From a virus (taxonomy: Duplodnaviria > Heunggongvirae > Uroviricota > Caudoviricetes), in the IMG/VR virus record IMGVR_UViG_3300017691_000005, positions 30,052-94,051 of that record: a DNA stretch of 64,000 nucleotides, one strand, 5' to 3'. Numbering within the stretch: the first letter of the stretch is position 1; every line of letters starts with the position of its first letter. Below are positions 28,138 to 35,700 of the stretch, piece after piece. The notes under the pieces are model-generated. The model ran no database searches. It saw only the letters and a program-made list of their open reading frames with translations, and was not told the origin of the DNA. A program made the position numbers and the translations under genes.

Positions 28138-29789
28138 TGAGTAACTCACTTATTAAGAACACCGCTGCTACTAAGGCACGCAAGAACACAACTCCTCAGA
28201 CCGTTAAGGCTGATGAGGCTCAGGTCAAGAACAACGCGGGTGGATTTACATTCGTTGTTAGTGATCGTGACCGTCTAGAGCGATTCCTGATTCTAGGTAC
28301 CGATGGAGGTACTTATTACGTATCAGAGAAGAAGATTACTGACCAGAATATTGCATTCCTTCGTAATCTTCTATCCCAAGACGAGCGTCTAGTCGTTGAT
28401 GCTGCCGTTGATGTTTCTGTTAATGGACGTGCATACAAGAACAGCCCTGCAATTTTTGCTATCGCTCTTGCTCTAACCGAGGGCAAGGATAAGGAATATG
28501 CACGAGAGGCATTTAACAAGGTAGTTCGTACTGGAACTCATCTATTTGAGGCTGTTGAATATATTAATAACCTTGGTGGTTGGGGGCGCGCAAAGCGTAA
28601 GGCTGTTGCGGGTTGGTACGAGTCTAAGGATGCTGACTCTCAGGCATACCAGACTGTCAAGTACCGTCAGCGAAATGGGTGGACTCACAAGGATGTCCTA
28701 CGTCTGAGCCACGCAAAGCCTGATCCTTACGTTGCTAATTTCGCCCTAGGTAAGAAGGTTGTCTCTGATGACAAGCCTCAGGTAATTTCTGGTTTTGAGG
28801 CTGCACAGTCGGCCGGGTCCGAGAAGGAAGTAATTTCTGTTCTTGAGACTTATAAGAATCTTCCTTGGGAGGCTATTCCTACCGAGTTCCTTAAGTCAGA
28901 TAAGGTTTGGAAGACTCTTTTCTACAACAACCAACTAAACGGTCAAGCGCTTGTTCGTAATATTGTCCGTCTTTCTCGACTAAATGCCTTCAATGATATG
29001 CAGTTTGCTGCTGACTATGCCAAGCGACTAACTGACGAAGAGATGATTAAGAAGACACGTCTTCACCCAATCAACTATCTAAATGCAGTTGTCGTTTATG
29101 AACAGGGTCAGATTGAGCGTCAGGGCAATTACGGTTACTACGGAGGATCTCGTAAGAAGGATTGGCAGACCAGTTCAGTCATCATTGATGCTCTCAATGA
29201 AGGTTTCCATTCTTCATTCAAGTCTGTTGAGCCTGCCGGTAAGCGCACTCTAGAAGCAATTGATGTTTCAGGTTCCATGAGTTCGCCTGCAATTGGTCTT
29301 GACCTTTCATGTGCTCAGGTATCTGCTGCAATTGCTATGACTATTGCTCGTACCGAGCCTGCTCACATTATCCGTGGTTTTACTACCGGAAGTGGAAGCC
29401 GTTATAACTGGCGAGGCACAGCAGAACTTACTGATCTTGGTATTTCTGCTAAGACTTCTCTTTCTTCCGCAATGAGTAAGGTTCGGAAGAATAACTTCGG
29501 TGGTACTGATTGTGCTATGCCGATGATTTGGGCTCTTGAGAACAAGGTTGAGGTAGATACGTTTGTTGTCGTCACAGACAACGAGACATGGGCCGGGAGT
29601 ATTCACCCTCACCAGGCTCTAAAGAAGTACCGCGATCAAATGGGTATTGATGCACGTCTTGCGGTTCTAGGTGTCGCATCCACTGAGTTCACTATCGCTG
29701 ATCCTAAGGATAAGGGAATGATGGATTTTGTTGGGTTTGACTCCAATGCACCTCGCGTTCTAGCAGATTTCTCTGCTGGCCGTCTGTAA
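28137..29789 (+). CDS. rsr: Ro60/Rsr ortholog (TROVE domain plus vWA domain with MIDAS)
   Basis: 550 aa; hallmark FLILGTDGGTYYVSEKK (cf. GSEGGTYY of Ro/Rsr), SPAIFAIALAL; C-terminal vWA with MIDAS DVSGSMS at about residue 378, as in Ro60. Confidence 0.8.
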   Translation: MSNSLIKNTAATKARKNTTPQTVKADEAQVKNNAGGFTFVVSDRDRLERFLILGTDGGTYYVSEKKITDQNIAFLRNLLSQDERLVVDAAVDVSVNGRAYKNSPAIFAIALALTEGKDKEYAREAFNKVVRTGTHLFEAVEYINNLGGWGRAKRKAVAGWYESKDADSQAYQTVKYRQRNGWTHKDVLRLSHAKPDPYVANFALGKKVVSDDKPQVISGFEAAQSAGSEKEVISVLETYKNLPWEAIPTEFLKSDKVWKTLFYNNQLNGQALVRNIVRLSRLNAFNDMQFAADYAKRLTDEEMIKKTRLHPINYLNAVVVYEQGQIERQGNYGYYGGSRKKDWQTSSVIIDALNEGFHSSFKSVEPAGKRTLEAIDVSGSMSSPAIGLDLSCAQVSAAIAMTIARTEPAHIIRGFTTGSGSRYNWRGTAELTDLGISAKTSLSSAMSKVRKNNFGGTDCAMPMIWALENKVEVDTFVVVTDNETWAGSIHPHQALKKYRDQMGIDARLAVLGVASTEFTIADPKDKGMMDFVGFDSNAPRVLADFSAGRL

Positions 29790-29790
29790 C

Positions 29791-29822
29791 AAAGAGGCGG
29801 GGCCAACTGGCCCCGCCTCCCT
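29791..29822 (+). terminator. stem-loop terminator after rsr
   Basis: GAGGCGGGGCC-AACT-GGCCCCGCCTC perfect inverted repeat. Confidence 0.5.
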
Positions 29823-29830
29823 TACGTTGA

Positions 29831-30370
29831 TTGGATGACATGACTAATACTGGTTATATTCGCACGCCTAAAATTGGTCACAGCGTAAAAGTAAACGACA
29901 CTTATACTGGCGATTTTGCAATTATTGGTGAAGTGCTTACTGTTGCGGCTGTAGGATCTCAAGGTGAAGTATCCGTTAAAGAATTGTTTGTTAGTAAGAC
30001 AAATCAAAACAAGCAGTACCCTCAGTATTATAGACAGAATCCTATTCTACTTTCTTATGAGTATAATCTTATTGAGTATCCAACCATCAAAGATAAGTTT
30101 GATGCGGACGTTAACGTTGGGGATTATGTTGTAGTAGCCCCGGCGGTACATGGTGGTCACATTGAGCGTGGTGTCATTAAGACAACTTCTATTAACAACC
30201 AATATGGCAGAGATAATCAGGCATTTACTTTGGAAGTTGACACTGAGACACGGTATTGGGAGGCGGAAGATCGTAAATTTTCGGTTCCTAAAAAAACAAT
30301 TAGGCATTATGGTTCCTCGGCGGGTCTATTGCTTCTGACCAAAGCAGTTGACAGGTTTGACGCTCCCTGA
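29831..30370 (+). CDS. hypothetical protein
   Basis: 179 aa ORF. Confidence 0.45.
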   Translation: MDDMTNTGYIRTPKIGHSVKVNDTYTGDFAIIGEVLTVAAVGSQGEVSVKELFVSKTNQNKQYPQYYRQNPILLSYEYNLIEYPTIKDKFDADVNVGDYVVVAPAVHGGHIERGVIKTTSINNQYGRDNQAFTLEVDTETRYWEAEDRKFSVPKKTIRHYGSSAGLLLLTKAVDRFDAP

Positions 30371-30430
30371 CATAATTTAGTCATCAGGGAAGCGGAGGAT
30401 GACGGTTACCTCTTGAAATAATCCGTCTTT

Positions 30431-30502
30431 GCCCTCATAGTATAGTGGTTAGTACATTGGTTTCTCAGGCCAAAAGTCGGAGTTCGATTCTCCGTGGGGG
30501 TA
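30431..30502 (+). tRNA. tRNA-Glu (CTC)
   Basis: acceptor GCCCTCA/TGGGGGT, D-arm GTAT-AGTGGTTA-GTAC, anticodon loop TTCTCAG, T-arm CGGAG-TTCGATT-CTCCG. Confidence 0.55.
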
Positions 30503-30584
30503 CGCGGGTCTTTATGATATAAGCATTAGATAGATTCTAGATACTCGATCTAATCGAATGGCTGCTAGCATTAGCCCCCCGCTC

Positions 30585-30716
30585 CATACGCGCCCAGGGT
30601 TTGTGGGGGAACGTGGTCGGTGTCATAGGCTGTTGTAAAACCACGGAAGGTACAACCGTGAGAGTGCGACTAAGCCGGTCTTTAACGTTTGGAGGTTCGA
30701 TTCCTCCTTCGCGTAC
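30585..30716 (+). other. tRNA-like structured element (acceptor-like helix TACGCG/CGCGTA plus T-arm GGAGG-TTCGATT-CCTCC enclosing about 100 nt); unresolved
   Basis: canonical T-arm at 30689-30705 followed by CGCGTA complementary to 30595-30600; no standard cloverleaf found; internal hairpin CACGG-AAGGTACAA-CCGTG. Confidence 0.3.
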
Positions 30717-30855
30717 GTTAGTGAGTGCTATACAATCCGAAACTGATGGACAGCATAAATCAGTATAGGACAAAGCACAGAGTCAAAATTCATAAGCCGT
30801 GCTGTGGCTAGAAAAGTAGACAAGTAGGGGTTAGGAACCTGATGCACTAACACCC

Positions 30856-30927
30856 GTCCTAGTGGTATAACGGTTATTATTTTTGCTTGCCAAGCAAACG
30901 ACGCCAGTTCGACTCTGGTCTAGGACT
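30856..30927 (+). tRNA. tRNA-Gly (GCC)
   Basis: acceptor GTCCTAG/CTAGGAC, anticodon arm TTTGC-TTGCCAA-GCAAA, T-arm GCCAG-TTCGACT-CTGGT. Confidence 0.6.
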
Positions 30928-30944
30928 CAACCGAAAGGATTACA

Positions 30945-31190
30945 ATGATTACAGATTATTTTGGTCAGGAACTTCATAAGGGAGATCTCGTAACAGCGGC
31001 GGTTGCCAGTGGTAGATCCTCAGGAGGTCAAAGAGTTGGCATTTTAGTTAAAGAGCCTGAAGAGAAAAAGATGTTAACTATTGAACTTGTTCCTCCGCCT
31101 ACAAACGGTTATGATCGATCAACTGTTTCAGTAAATTACTCAAGATCCAAAGTAATAAAACTTCCCAAGGAGTATACCTTTCTGGTATAG
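30945..31190 (+). CDS. hypothetical protein
   Basis: 81 aa ORF with RBS AAAGGATTACAATG. Confidence 0.4.
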   Translation: MITDYFGQELHKGDLVTAAVASGRSSGGQRVGILVKEPEEKKMLTIELVPPPTNGYDRSTVSVNYSRSKVIKLPKEYTFLV

Positions 31191-31208
31191 TTCTCTATGG
31201 TGTCTGTG

Positions 31209-31279
31209 TTGTAATGGAAGCATGAGAGATTGTGTCCCTCTCGGAGACGGATCGTTACCGTCCAGACACACAGCGGCCA
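31209..31279 (+). tRNA. tRNA-His (GTG) (alternative reading Thr-TGT); non-canonical T-loop ATCGTTA
   Basis: perfect acceptor GTGTCTG/CAGACAC with an extra G at -1 (His-like), anticodon arm AGAGA-TTGTGTC-CCTCT (A31.C39), T-arm GACGG-ATCGTTA-CCGTC. Confidence 0.4.
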
Positions 31280-31339
31280 AGTGATGTATTAGGTACCGTG
31301 ATATCCGGTGGCTTGGTAATTGAAACCCTAATACTTTTA

Positions 31340-31445
31340 TATCGGGTCGATTGAATTCGTTTATCTTCGCCAATGATTGAAGGCTAGTGGTTCGACTCCA
31401 CGGCACAGGGATGGTTCCCATCGAATTCTTACACATATCTGATTT
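31340..31445 (+). ncRNA. inter-tRNA structured element (e), Y-RNA-like family member with T-arm-like hairpin
   Basis: GAATTCGTTTATC ... GTGG-TTCGACT-CCAC ... GGATGGTTCC ... CGAATTCTTACACATATC; GAATTCG/CGAATTC helix. Confidence 0.35.
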
Positions 31446-31447
31446 AT

Positions 31448-31519
31448 GGACTGTTAGCATAGATGGCAATGCGTTCGGTTGAAGCCCGAAAGAATAGGGA
31501 TCGTTACCCTGGCAGTCTA
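31448..31519 (+). tRNA. tRNA-Phe (GAA); non-canonical T-loop ATCGTTA
   Basis: acceptor GGACTGT/GCAGTCT, D-arm GCAT-AGATGGCA-ATGC, anticodon arm TTCGG-TTGAAGC-CCGAA, T-arm TAGGG-ATCGTTA-CCCTG. Confidence 0.55.
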
Positions 31520-31520
31520 C

Positions 31521-31560
31521 GTAACCCGGTTGAATGGCAGCCGGGTTTTTCTATGAGAGG
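31521..31560 (+). terminator. rho-independent terminator-like hairpin
   Basis: ACCCGG-TTGAATGGCAG-CCGGGT followed by TTTTT. Confidence 0.45.
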
Positions 31561-31568
31561 AGAGCCTA

Positions 31569-32447
31569 ATGTTCTGGCTCATTGTTTTTAGCGCTCTTGT
31601 AATTATTTTTCTTCTGGCTGTAGCAGCCGCTGTCATTACTAAATCCCCTGGCCCAAGGCTAGTAGCAGCACTAGTTCTAGTGATTGCACTAGTATTCACA
31701 GCATTTAATTCATTTACCACGGTTGGTGCTCGTAGCGTGGGTATTCAAACTGGATTTGGTAAGTACATGCAGACCCTTGATAATGGTTTCCACATCAAGG
31801 CGCCTTATTCCAGTGTTGAAGAGTTCAGCACTCAAGTTCAGTACCTTGACCTAAATGGTGAGGGTGATGCTGTTGCCGTGACATTCAAGGGCGGCGGCGG
31901 TGGTAATGTAAATGCTACGGTCCGCTGGCGTATCGATGCCAAGCAGGCTGAGAATCTTTGGAGTAAGTACCGTACATTTGAAGCGGTAAGGGATCAACTA
32001 GTGACTTCTTCTGCTAAGGATTCATTCCGAGTTGTTGTTGCCAACTACACTCCTAATGATGCTCGTAGTGGTGAGAACATTCGACCCATTACTGAGGCGG
32101 TAGTTGCTGACCTTTCCAAGAATCTCGCTAATGACGGTATTGTGATTGACTCTGTATCCATTTCTTCTCTTGGTCTAGATGCAAATAGTCAAGCAAGTCT
32201 TGACCGTATTGTTCAAGCCAATAATGATATTGAACGTGCTACCGCTGAACAGCAGAGGGCTCAGATTGATGCTGAGACTGCTCGTATCCGTCAGGAAACC
32301 GGCGCGCTCGCTCCTGAGGCTAATATTCGTTACTGCCTTGAACTGGTGAACAGTTGGGACGTTGCCAAGAATGGTAATCTTCCCGCGACATTTAACTGTG
32401 CGCTGACTGATCCTGCAAATATCACTCCCGTTCTCCCGGTACAGTGA
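31569..32447 (+). CDS. SPFH/band-7 (prohibitin/stomatin-like) membrane protein
   Basis: N-terminal TM helix, SPFH-type core, C-terminal coiled coil (AEQQRAQIDAETARIRQE). Confidence 0.65.
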   Translation: MFWLIVFSALVIIFLLAVAAAVITKSPGPRLVAALVLVIALVFTAFNSFTTVGARSVGIQTGFGKYMQTLDNGFHIKAPYSSVEEFSTQVQYLDLNGEGDAVAVTFKGGGGGNVNATVRWRIDAKQAENLWSKYRTFEAVRDQLVTSSAKDSFRVVVANYTPNDARSGENIRPITEAVVADLSKNLANDGIVIDSVSISSLGLDANSQASLDRIVQANNDIERATAEQQRAQIDAETARIRQETGALAPEANIRYCLELVNSWDVAKNGNLPATFNCALTDPANITPVLPVQ

Positions 32448-32548
32448 TGAAAGTATCAGCCACGATTTTTGGCGGCATAGTAATCGCAGTAGCAAGTTCA
32501 ATAGGCACTATCATGTATATAGGTAATAAAATGTTTGGACATTCCTGA
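32447..32548 (+). CDS. small hydrophobic membrane peptide (33 aa)
   Basis: MKVSATIFGGIVIAVASSIGTIMYIGNKMFGHS; TGATG overlap with the SPFH gene. Confidence 0.3.
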   Translation: MKVSATIFGGIVIAVASSIGTIMYIGNKMFGHS

Positions 32549-32709
32549 TGGCTATTGTCGAGTTTCAAGTACTCAAAACTTATACAGTTAATGGTCGAGT
32601 ATTTGAACATGGTCTCTATTCAGCCGATGATGAATGTGATCACAACGTTATCGGAGCAAATGGCGGCGGTAGGAAATGTACTAAATGCACCGGATGGTTC
32701 TGCTACTGA
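32548..32709 (+). CDS. small Zn-ribbon protein (53 aa)
   Basis: CDH...CTKCTGWFC; TGATG coupling. Confidence 0.3.
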   Translation: MAIVEFQVLKTYTVNGRVFEHGLYSADDECDHNVIGANGGGRKCTKCTGWFCY

Positions 32710-32734
32710 TTGACAAGTCCTGAGTAAGACTATA

Positions 32735-32803
32735 AACTGCTTACGCCCCTACTAGCGGATCTAGGTTGATGGCTACGAACCATTTCTCGGGAGTTCAACT
32801 CTC
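32735..32803 (+). tRNA. tRNA-Arg (ACG)
   Basis: perfect acceptor GCCCCTA/TAGGGGC, anticodon arm GATGG-CTACGAA-CCATT, T-arm GGGAG-TTCAACT-CTCCC. Confidence 0.55.
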
Positions 32804-32851
32804 CCTAGGGGCTCTTTTATAGTTTTAAAAGTACCGGCGTATAATCATTCC

Positions 32852-33007
32852 ATGAGGTACTTAGCACAAGTCATACTGGCGGTAGAGGTAGAAGCCTATC
32901 AAGTCAGTGATGCAAAAGAAGCAATAGAGGATTGTCTTAATATGGAGAATTGCGGAAGTCTTTCAGTGGTTGATCTAGAGATACAAGATATAGATGAACT
33001 TAAATGA
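32852..33007 (+). CDS. small acidic protein (51 aa)
   Basis: ORF MRYLAQVILAVEVEAYQVSD... Confidence 0.3.
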   Translation: MRYLAQVILAVEVEAYQVSDAKEAIEDCLNMENCGSLSVVDLEIQDIDELK

Positions 33008-33158
33008 ACTAAGCAATGTCCAGGTAGTTCAATGGTGTAATTCATGTAATGCTGACGAAGCGGTACATGTGATTGAAGTTGAACTAGATTGGGGTAAAGA
33101 GTCTTTGCAGATTTGTCACGGGTGCCTTAAAGAACTCAAGAAAAGAGGTTTGTTATGA
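32994..33158 (+). CDS. small Zn-ribbon protein (54 aa)
   Basis: CNSC...CHGC. Confidence 0.3.
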   Translation: MNLNELSNVQVVQWCNSCNADEAVHVIEVELDWGKESLQICHGCLKELKKRGLL

Positions 33159-33275
33159 ACGTGGGTACAATAGGTGCTATTTGCGGAATCGTAGCGCTGG
33201 TACTTGTGCTGGTCTTGGTTCTCTGATACAGTAGACATCACGTCCTGAGGATGACGTATTGAAAACTCCTCATAT

Positions 33276-33347
33276 GCCTTCGTGGTCCAATGGATACGAC
33301 AGAAGATTTCTACTCTTTTGATGGGAGTTCGATTCTCTCCGGGGGCG
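33276..33347 (+). tRNA. tRNA-Arg (TCT)
   Basis: acceptor GCCTTCG/CGGGGGC (two G-U), anticodon arm GAAGA-TTTCTAC-TCTTT, T-arm GGGAG-TTCGATT-CTCTC. Confidence 0.5.
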
Positions 33348-33392
33348 CGGGTTAGCAGTTGAAAAATACCGGCATCGCCAAAAACTGCGTAT

Positions 33393-33464
33393 GGACTCAT
33401 AGTGAAAAGGTTATCACAATCGCCTGTCGAGCGATTAGTGCGGGTTCGAGCCCCGCTGGGTTCG
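33393..33464 (+). tRNA. tRNA-Asp (GTC)
   Basis: acceptor GGACTCA/TGGGTTC, D-arm GTGA-AAAGGTTA-TCAC, anticodon arm ATCGC-CTGTCGA-GCGAT, T-arm GCGGG-TTCGAGC-CCCGC. Confidence 0.65.
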
Positions 33465-33579
33465 CGGTAACGCTGGCTGTGCAGCGGATACAATACTAGG
33501 ATATTCGCGTGAGAGAATCCTAGTGAAGAGAAGAGGGATGATTAATCACGCTCTACCCCTCGTAAATCACACAGCATAT

Positions 33580-33651
33580 GGGTCGTTCGTATAACGGTTA
33601 TTACTTGAGGCTCTTAACCTTAAAATCAGAGTTCGATTCTCTGGCGACCTA
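33580..33651 (+). tRNA. tRNA-Lys (CTT)
   Basis: acceptor GGGTCGT/GCGACCT, anticodon arm TGAGG-CTCTTAA-CCTTA, T-arm CAGAG-TTCGATT-CTCTG. Confidence 0.6.
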
Positions 33652-33797
33652 CGTAATAGCACAGCAGGGCAAGCGCTGAAAGACAAGTTCCGAGGGTACA
33701 GTTAAGATGGTCTCGCCCATTTGCCGGGGTGTAAAGAGACAACCTGAGAGGAATAATTGCTATTAACACTGCTATGATTTGCAAGTCGTAGCAGCAT

Positions 33798-33868
33798 GGG
33801 CTACAAGCATTAAGGTGATGCAACAGACTTTTAATCTGTGGAACAGGGATCGTTACCCTGGTGGCCTA
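33798..33868 (+). tRNA. tRNA-Lys (TTT); non-canonical T-loop ATCGTTA
   Basis: acceptor GGGCTAC/GTGGCCT, D-arm GCAT-TAAGGTG-ATGC, anticodon arm ACAGA-CTTTTAA-TCTGT, T-arm CAGGG-ATCGTTA-CCCTG. Confidence 0.55.
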
Positions 33869-33895
33869 CAATACACCTTCTAACAAGGGATTAAA

Positions 33896-34105
33896 ATGTT
33901 TATTTCTAGAAGATACAAATACCCTGAGTCACTAAAATTGTGGCGCAGTACGGGTTTTTATATGCATCTGCCTAAGAAGTACTATTATGGTTATGCTCGC
34001 ATTGTCACCAAGAAGAAACTTTACACTCTTTGGTATCACGGTAATCCTTATCGACCGGGTAAAATCTTTGAAGTATCTGACCGAACCAAACTCTTTGGAG
34101 GATGA
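33896..34105 (+). CDS. hypothetical protein
   Basis: 69 aa ORF. Confidence 0.35.
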   Translation: MFISRRYKYPESLKLWRSTGFYMHLPKKYYYGYARIVTKKKLYTLWYHGNPYRPGKIFEVSDRTKLFGG

Positions 34106-34497
34106 CAATGCCTACTAATTGGGTTTACAAGCCTTATAGTTATAACTGGCGGTATGGATGGAAGAAAAACCTCAAGAACCTGGTTGATTATCCCGGAAAG
34201 ATTAAAACTCACATAGTAGGCCGGGTTGTTAAAGGCTACTCTTGGTATGACTGGATTAACTTTGATGATTATCTTTCTAGTGTCATCATATCTGGCCTCA
34301 AGGATTTCAAGAATAATAGTCATGGATATCCTGGCGAATTGACCTTAGAAGAGTGGAATCGTCGCCTTGATATTATGATCGAAGGATTCACCATTATTAA
34401 TAATGGATGGTCTTATAAAAGAACTGAAGACCAGAAGCGTACTGTTCGTCTCGCTAAGTTTTATTTGATGTATCACTTTGAAAGTCTTTGGGATTGA
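34102..34497 (+). CDS. hypothetical protein
   Basis: 131 aa ORF. Confidence 0.45.
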   Translation: MTMPTNWVYKPYSYNWRYGWKKNLKNLVDYPGKIKTHIVGRVVKGYSWYDWINFDDYLSSVIISGLKDFKNNSHGYPGELTLEEWNRRLDIMIEGFTIINNGWSYKRTEDQKRTVRLAKFYLMYHFESLWD

Positions 34498-34512
34498 GAG
34501 TATGATTTTCAT

Positions 34513-34764
34513 ATGAAAACACAATTATATCCAGAGCCAGAATGTACCTGTATGAGAGTATGGCTTGCCGTCATTCCACCCCCACCATGCCCGGTTCACG
34601 GTCAAGCCTATATGTTAAAAGTAAGCAATATGGTTTCATCTAGTTTAGATTGTAAAACCATCAAAACTAATATGTTAACTATTAAAGATATTGCCGGTTA
34701 TTCAATTACGACAAATAGTATTGTTAATGGATCAATTAGGACTCGCTACCTTGACGGTCTGTAG
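34513..34764 (+). CDS. hypothetical protein
   Basis: 83 aa ORF. Confidence 0.35.
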   Translation: MKTQLYPEPECTCMRVWLAVIPPPPCPVHGQAYMLKVSNMVSSSLDCKTIKTNMLTIKDIAGYSITTNSIVNGSIRTRYLDGL

Positions 34765-34813
34765 TAGATCATGTATGCTCAGTAACAACACCGGCCCGGT
34801 GTAAAGGGCACAT

Positions 34814-34884
34814 GGCGTAGACAGCGGGATGCTGGGGCGTGACTGTAAATCACTACCATGAAGGTTCGAGTCCTTCCTGCGCTA
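34814..34884 (+). tRNA. tRNA-Tyr (GTA), short/atypical D and variable regions
   Basis: acceptor GGCGTAG/CTGCGCT, anticodon loop CTGTAAA on stem GTGA/TCAC, T-arm GAAGG-TTCGAGT-CCTTC. Confidence 0.45.
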
Positions 34885-34963
34885 CTTGATCAGATTTCGA
34901 ATATGATCTAGACATTCTCATGGTTTAGTGCGCCTGAGATGAGTCGATAAAAATAGCACGCCA

Positions 34964-35034
34964 GCCGGGTTAGTTTAATGGTAGAACATAAGACTCATAT
35001 CCTTAGAACAGTGGTTCGATTCCACTACTCGGTA
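34964..35034 (+). tRNA. tRNA-Met (CAT)
   Basis: acceptor GCCGGGT/ACTCGGT, D-arm GTTT-AATGGTA-GAAC, anticodon loop CTCATAT, T-arm AGTGG-TTCGATT-CCACT. Confidence 0.55.
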
Positions 35035-35042
35035 CTTGCGGG

Positions 35043-35112
35043 GATGGAGAAATAGTGTCTCGCTAGGCTCATAACCTAGAGATCACCTGTTGCGAGTACA
35101 GGCCACGCTACC
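35043..35112 (+). pseudogene. tRNA-Met-like (CAT) element with encoded CCA but an unpairable acceptor stem (pseudo-tRNA or atypical)
   Basis: D-arm GAGA-AATAGTG-TCTC, anticodon arm CTAGG-CTCATAA-CCTAG, T-arm-like CCTGT-TGCGAGT-ACAGG, 3' end CCACGCT-A-CCA; the 5' segment GCGGGGA does not pair with the 3' acceptor strand. Confidence 0.3.
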
Positions 35113-35129
35113 AATTTGTAACTACAACG

Positions 35130-35474
35130 ATGGAGTTTGTAATGTTTGACATTCCTGATGATCACTCTGGTCCCTACGTCATTGTGGAACTAGTAAGCCA
35201 TCATAATATCAAGCCAGTTCGTTATGTAGCGGATTTCAATATTGCCACGTATCTAATTAAGGTTGTTTATAACACAGGCCATCACAGACTTATGCAAGAA
35301 TCAGACTTTGCTATTTATAAGGCTGAGGCTGACAAGCGTTATAGAACCTTCCTTCAAAGCATTAAGCATCTATCGGATGAAGAGATTAAAAATGGTGGCT
35401 GCCAGGTCCAGGGCAACCACCGCACCAATCCAGAAACTTTTCCCTATATTTACGCGGCAGTATCGATTCCGTGA
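35130..35474 (+). CDS. hypothetical protein
   Basis: 114 aa ORF. Confidence 0.35.
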   Translation: MEFVMFDIPDDHSGPYVIVELVSHHNIKPVRYVADFNIATYLIKVVYNTGHHRLMQESDFAIYKAEADKRYRTFLQSIKHLSDEEIKNGGCQVQGNHRTNPETFPYIYAAVSIP

Positions 35475-35700
35475 CGCTTCATTAGTGCGATAGTGTTACG
35501 GGCGCTAGCACCATTGGCGGCAGGAGTAGAGCCAACGTAAATCTGCTGGCCCTGCGGACCTCGCCACACGAGGTGCTTGTTGCCAGTGATGTTAATCGTC
35601 CATCCTTCCTTTAGAGCCTGCTTGGCGATCTTGCGCCACTGGCGGGGGATGCTGGTCATCTCTGCTGGCTTGTTCGTCATAAGGGATACAGTACTGCCCA
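35450..35700 (-). CDS. HicA-like toxin (YcfA/HicA family mRNA interferase) homolog, lone minus-strand gene
   Basis: AKQALKEGWTINITGNKHLVWRGPQGQQIYVGSTP...TIALMKRHGI matches the HicA pattern (GW...GSHH...P...); local GC about 55%, higher than the surroundings. Confidence 0.45.

Noticed and set aside
30537-30773. Minus-strand ORF (78 aa) containing a GGIEPP peptide
   Set aside because: GGIEPP is the reverse-frame translation of a + strand tRNA T-arm (GGTTCGATTCC). The ORF overlaps tRNA and tRNA-like sequence and has no RBS.
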